Of a stretch of 64,000 nucleotides of DNA, positions 61,801 to 64,000 are shown one piece after another. The stretch is from Phoronis australis. Lineage: Eukaryota; Animalia; Phoronida. Where the stretch lies: NCBI GenBank assembly GCA_002633005.1, contig NMRA01000242.1, forward strand, positions 186,001 through 250,000. The letters are read 5' to 3'. How positions within the stretch are numbered: the first letter of the stretch is position 1; every line of letters begins with the position of its first letter. The notes beneath the pieces were generated by a model. It was not told the origin of the DNA. It was given only the letters and a program-made list of their open reading frames with translations, and did no database searches. A program made the position numbers and the translations under genes.

Positions 61801-63899
61801 GAATGTTGTATTTGATTTCAGAATGTGATAGATTACAGCAGCTTTAATAAAGACATAGCACAAAGGATATAATAAAAATATGAATATTTGGTGAGACTGT
61901 CAAGATAGTAAGTCTGTCTGATAATACCTGTGTCTCTGTCTTGAGACTCTCCATCACTTCTTGTAGCCGTGCCTCATCCACCTTCAGCTGGGCCTCATGT
62001 TTGACCAACTCTTGCTTCAGCTTTTCCACTTCGCGTTCACTCTTCTCAGGAACGGCCTTCAGCTCCTCCACCTGAGTGACAAACAAAGCCTCATGTCACC
62101 CAACACTGTACACGGTGCAGGGAGACTATTTGGTATGAAAGTCTTTTACAGTAGCATGAGTTACATCTGTAAGTTTCCAATCTCACAGCCACCTAAGTTT
62201 GACACATTCTACATGAGCCCTAACACCAGCTGAGTATAACTTTCAGTACAATTTGAAAACAACACATTTCTGTCACTGACCACGTGTTCTGATGGATTAG
62301 TTATGTAGAGCCTAAAAAAACAACCAAATTTGGATAACTTTGGACCACCATATCTCAGAAAAGGATGATTAGATCCAAATGAAACGTTGACATAGTTTGC
62401 TTCATATACTGTTCTCTGATGAACAAACTCGATAGTTGCAGGAAATGAAAACGAAATATTAAACTAAGAAAACTGTATTGGGGTTCTGGAGATTTCATCT
62501 GGAGCATTTAATCAAATAAAATTTGATCGTGTCACTTATACGTTTGCTGTTCCTTTTTTTGCTAAATTGTAGTAAAAACATATGACAATGTGACTTAATT
62601 AAAGACAGATTGGTATAAACTGAGGTAAAAATCAAAGTCTACAGGGTGTCTACCATTGGGAAATATATAACTATACACTCAGGCTTAATTTCAATACTTT
62701 TTTATACATTTATTGGCAATGAGAAAAACATTACAATACCACAAAAAGACAAAGAACACCACAGACACGCACATACACACACGCATACCCCATAACCAAT
62801 CCTCTTGACTAAGAAAAAACGTTTCAAAGTAACACCATCTTTTTGTATCACTTCTAAATTCAAATCCTTACAAGCATACTTTTCAATCATATAATATTCT
62901 TTGACGAAGTTAAAAAAATCTACTTAGAAGTAATCTTTTTGATCCAAAATTTTGGGTAAAAATAAACTGTTTACCCAATAATAAAACAATGTTTTTAAAA
63001 TTTGGATAAATTCACAGGCTTGTCATAGTCAAGGTGACCTACAAACTGTCTAAGAAATAGTGTTTGAATCTCTCAATTTTGTGTATTGTATGGGTTCACA
63101 TCCCAGTCAGGTTTTTCCATATATTGTCAGAGGTACACAATGCTCTCCGAAGGGAGCTCAAGTTGCCATAGTTCACAAGTCCACTACTATAATCATGATC
63201 ACCCCCGTTTACCTTTTTTTTCTCCTGTTCTAGACTTTTCTCCAGTTTCTTTGCCTTGGCCTTAGCATGCTTGAGGTCCTCGCGACACTTGACGTCCTGC
63301 TGTTCAAACTCAGAGAACTCCTCCTTCCTCTTCTCACACTCCTTTTCCAGCTGCTCGTATTCCCTGTCAATCAACAGAGCCAGACCCGCCCATGTCAGGA
63401 GTGTAAGTAGGATATGGGACTATAGGTCCACTTACAAAACAGCATACATGCAATGCATAATTTCACAGTACCCAAATATTACATTATTATATTATACATT
63501 GGTAAGATTCACCTTGTTGGTTGAATCCTGTGCAGGGTATTTCCCTCATATTTTGGATTTCTTCCCCAAAATTTACGATATCTATTCAAAAATGTCAATA
63601 ACTTTAAAATTATTTTTTTATTTCAAACACTGATTTTTGAGGAGAAATAAAATTCTCAAAATCCGCATGAGAATACCCTGACAAGTATGCGGAATGTGGG
63701 TAAATGAATAAGAGTTGAGAGGCAAACTATTCCATCATCTATCTGTGTCTAGACTTACTTGAATATCCTCTTGTGTTGTTTTACTTTCTCCTTCTTACAA
63801 CTGCTGATCTCATCCAACTTTGCTGTCACCTCCTTCATTCCATCCTTGATCTCATCGCGCTTGGCAACAGCCTTCTCTTCATTCACTGTGCACTCATGA
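46896..63899 (-). CDS. SMC4: Structural maintenance of chromosomes 4 (condensin ATPase subunit), C-terminal part; the gene continues beyond the window
   Basis: Exons 63759-63899, 63213-63363, 61928-62071, 60987-61064, 60418-60539, 59858-59966, 59513-59644 (GKIPGIYGRL), 58812-59014 (hinge GDLGAIDEKYDVAVSTAC), 56675-56859, 56194-56303, 52604-52726, 52066-52192, 51354-51543, 50996-51140, 50503-50676, 48427-48659 (LKEMYQMITLGGDAELELVDSLDPFSEG), 47796-47979 (signature LSGGEKTLSSLAL, Walker B YVMDEIDAALD), 46896-47057 (AQFIIISLRNNMFEL). Coiled-coil exons lie between the domains. Confidence 0.97.
47109..47255. repeat. 49-bp minisatellite x3
   Basis: CAACATGTGTACATGTCAAATGTAATTTGGTATGGGATTATCCCAACAA unit. 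Confidence 0.92.
53052..53417. repeat. Minisatellite of about 74 bp, x5
   Basis: TGGTCCGCATTACACGATCAACGCTGGCTGTCGTACCACAC..GAGCCAGACTCG unit. Confidence 0.93.
53476..55998 (-). repeat. Near-identical duplicate of the SMC4 segment at about 56003-57831 (exon copies 54840-55024 and 54360-54469); probable uncollapsed haplotype
   Basis: The ORF track shows the same RPENVPRLFDL..QLIETSG exon twice. The duplicate ends at the N at 55999. Confidence 0.85.
53604..54291. mobile_element. TTAA-flanked piggyBac-like non-autonomous insertion (688 bp)
   Basis: TTAA|CCCTAGT...ACAAAGG|TTAA. The paralogous copy shows an empty site with a single TTAA at 56126-56129 (ataagTTAAgtttgtcggc). Confidence 0.8.
57680..57927. 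mobile_element. Shorter MITE with the same CAGGGCTTGGAATGACCAATG termini, 6-bp TSD (GTCCAG); truncated twin at 55845-55998
   Basis: gtccag|CAGGGCTTGGAAT...AATTCCAAGCCTG|gtccag. The interior differs (GAGGAAA repeats). Confidence 0.85.
58130..58691. mobile_element. PIF/Harbinger-like (Tourist-type) MITE, TTA TSD
   Basis: tta|GGGCTCTTTCAGCAAAATCTGTGTGGGGGGGAAGGC ... GCCTTCCCCCCCTCCCATACAGATTTTACTGGAACAGCCC|tta; imperfect TIR of about 40 bp. Confidence 0.8.
60700..60867. repeat. 28-bp minisatellite x6
   Basis: AAAACTAAATGTCTGATACACCAAGGTC unit. Confidence 0.92.
61506..61679. repeat. 17-bp minisatellite x10
   Basis: ACAGGTGGTTATAGCTT unit. Confidence 0.93.
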
Positions 63900-64000
63900 C
63901 TGGAAAATGGGATAGAGGGTTAGAAGAGAAGAGACTGTGGAAAGAGATTTTGTCACTTTATCTACGTACTAGACATTTAGAAAACCAGCCATTGGAGTAT

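Noticed and set aside
1-64000. tRNA, rRNA, telomerase RNA template or MALAT1-type triple helix
   Set aside because: No convincing motifs found by eye. A cmscan/tRNAscan run would be needed to exclude divergent RNAs.

Overview
Eukaryotic, intron-rich, AT-rich animal genomic DNA, probably from a marine invertebrate (inference from the repeat style). Three multi-exon housekeeping genes can be rebuilt from GT-AG exons. (1) A minus-strand ubiquitin-specific protease (USP/C19, most like the USP32/USP4-11-15 group, about 16.5-34.4 kb) whose split catalytic domain carries a large low-complexity insert and an atypical RING-like zinc finger. (2) ASCC1 on the plus strand (39118-44854). (3) SMC4 on the minus strand (46896 to beyond the window end). 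USP and ASCC1 are divergent; ASCC1 and SMC4 converge on one overlapping bidirectional poly(A) signal. Introns and intergenic DNA hold many non-autonomous DNA transposons with readable TIRs/TSDs (hAT 8-bp TSD, a CAGGG-ended family with 6-bp TSDs, Harbinger TTA, piggyBac-like TTAA, TA-flanked), a LINE RT fragment, a fold-back repeat with a degenerate hammerhead-like motif, and minisatellites. A 1.47-kb TA-flanked TIR element carries a decayed HIRAN-like cargo gene. Single N bases (11635, 34677, 43386, 50086, 55999) look like contig joins. The exon duplications in ASCC1 and SMC4 beside them are probably uncollapsed haplotypes, and part of SMC4 is missing across one join. The first 7.3 kb may be a minus-strand small-ORF or lncRNA transcript, but this is weakly supported. 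No rRNA, tRNA or CRISPR array was recognised.
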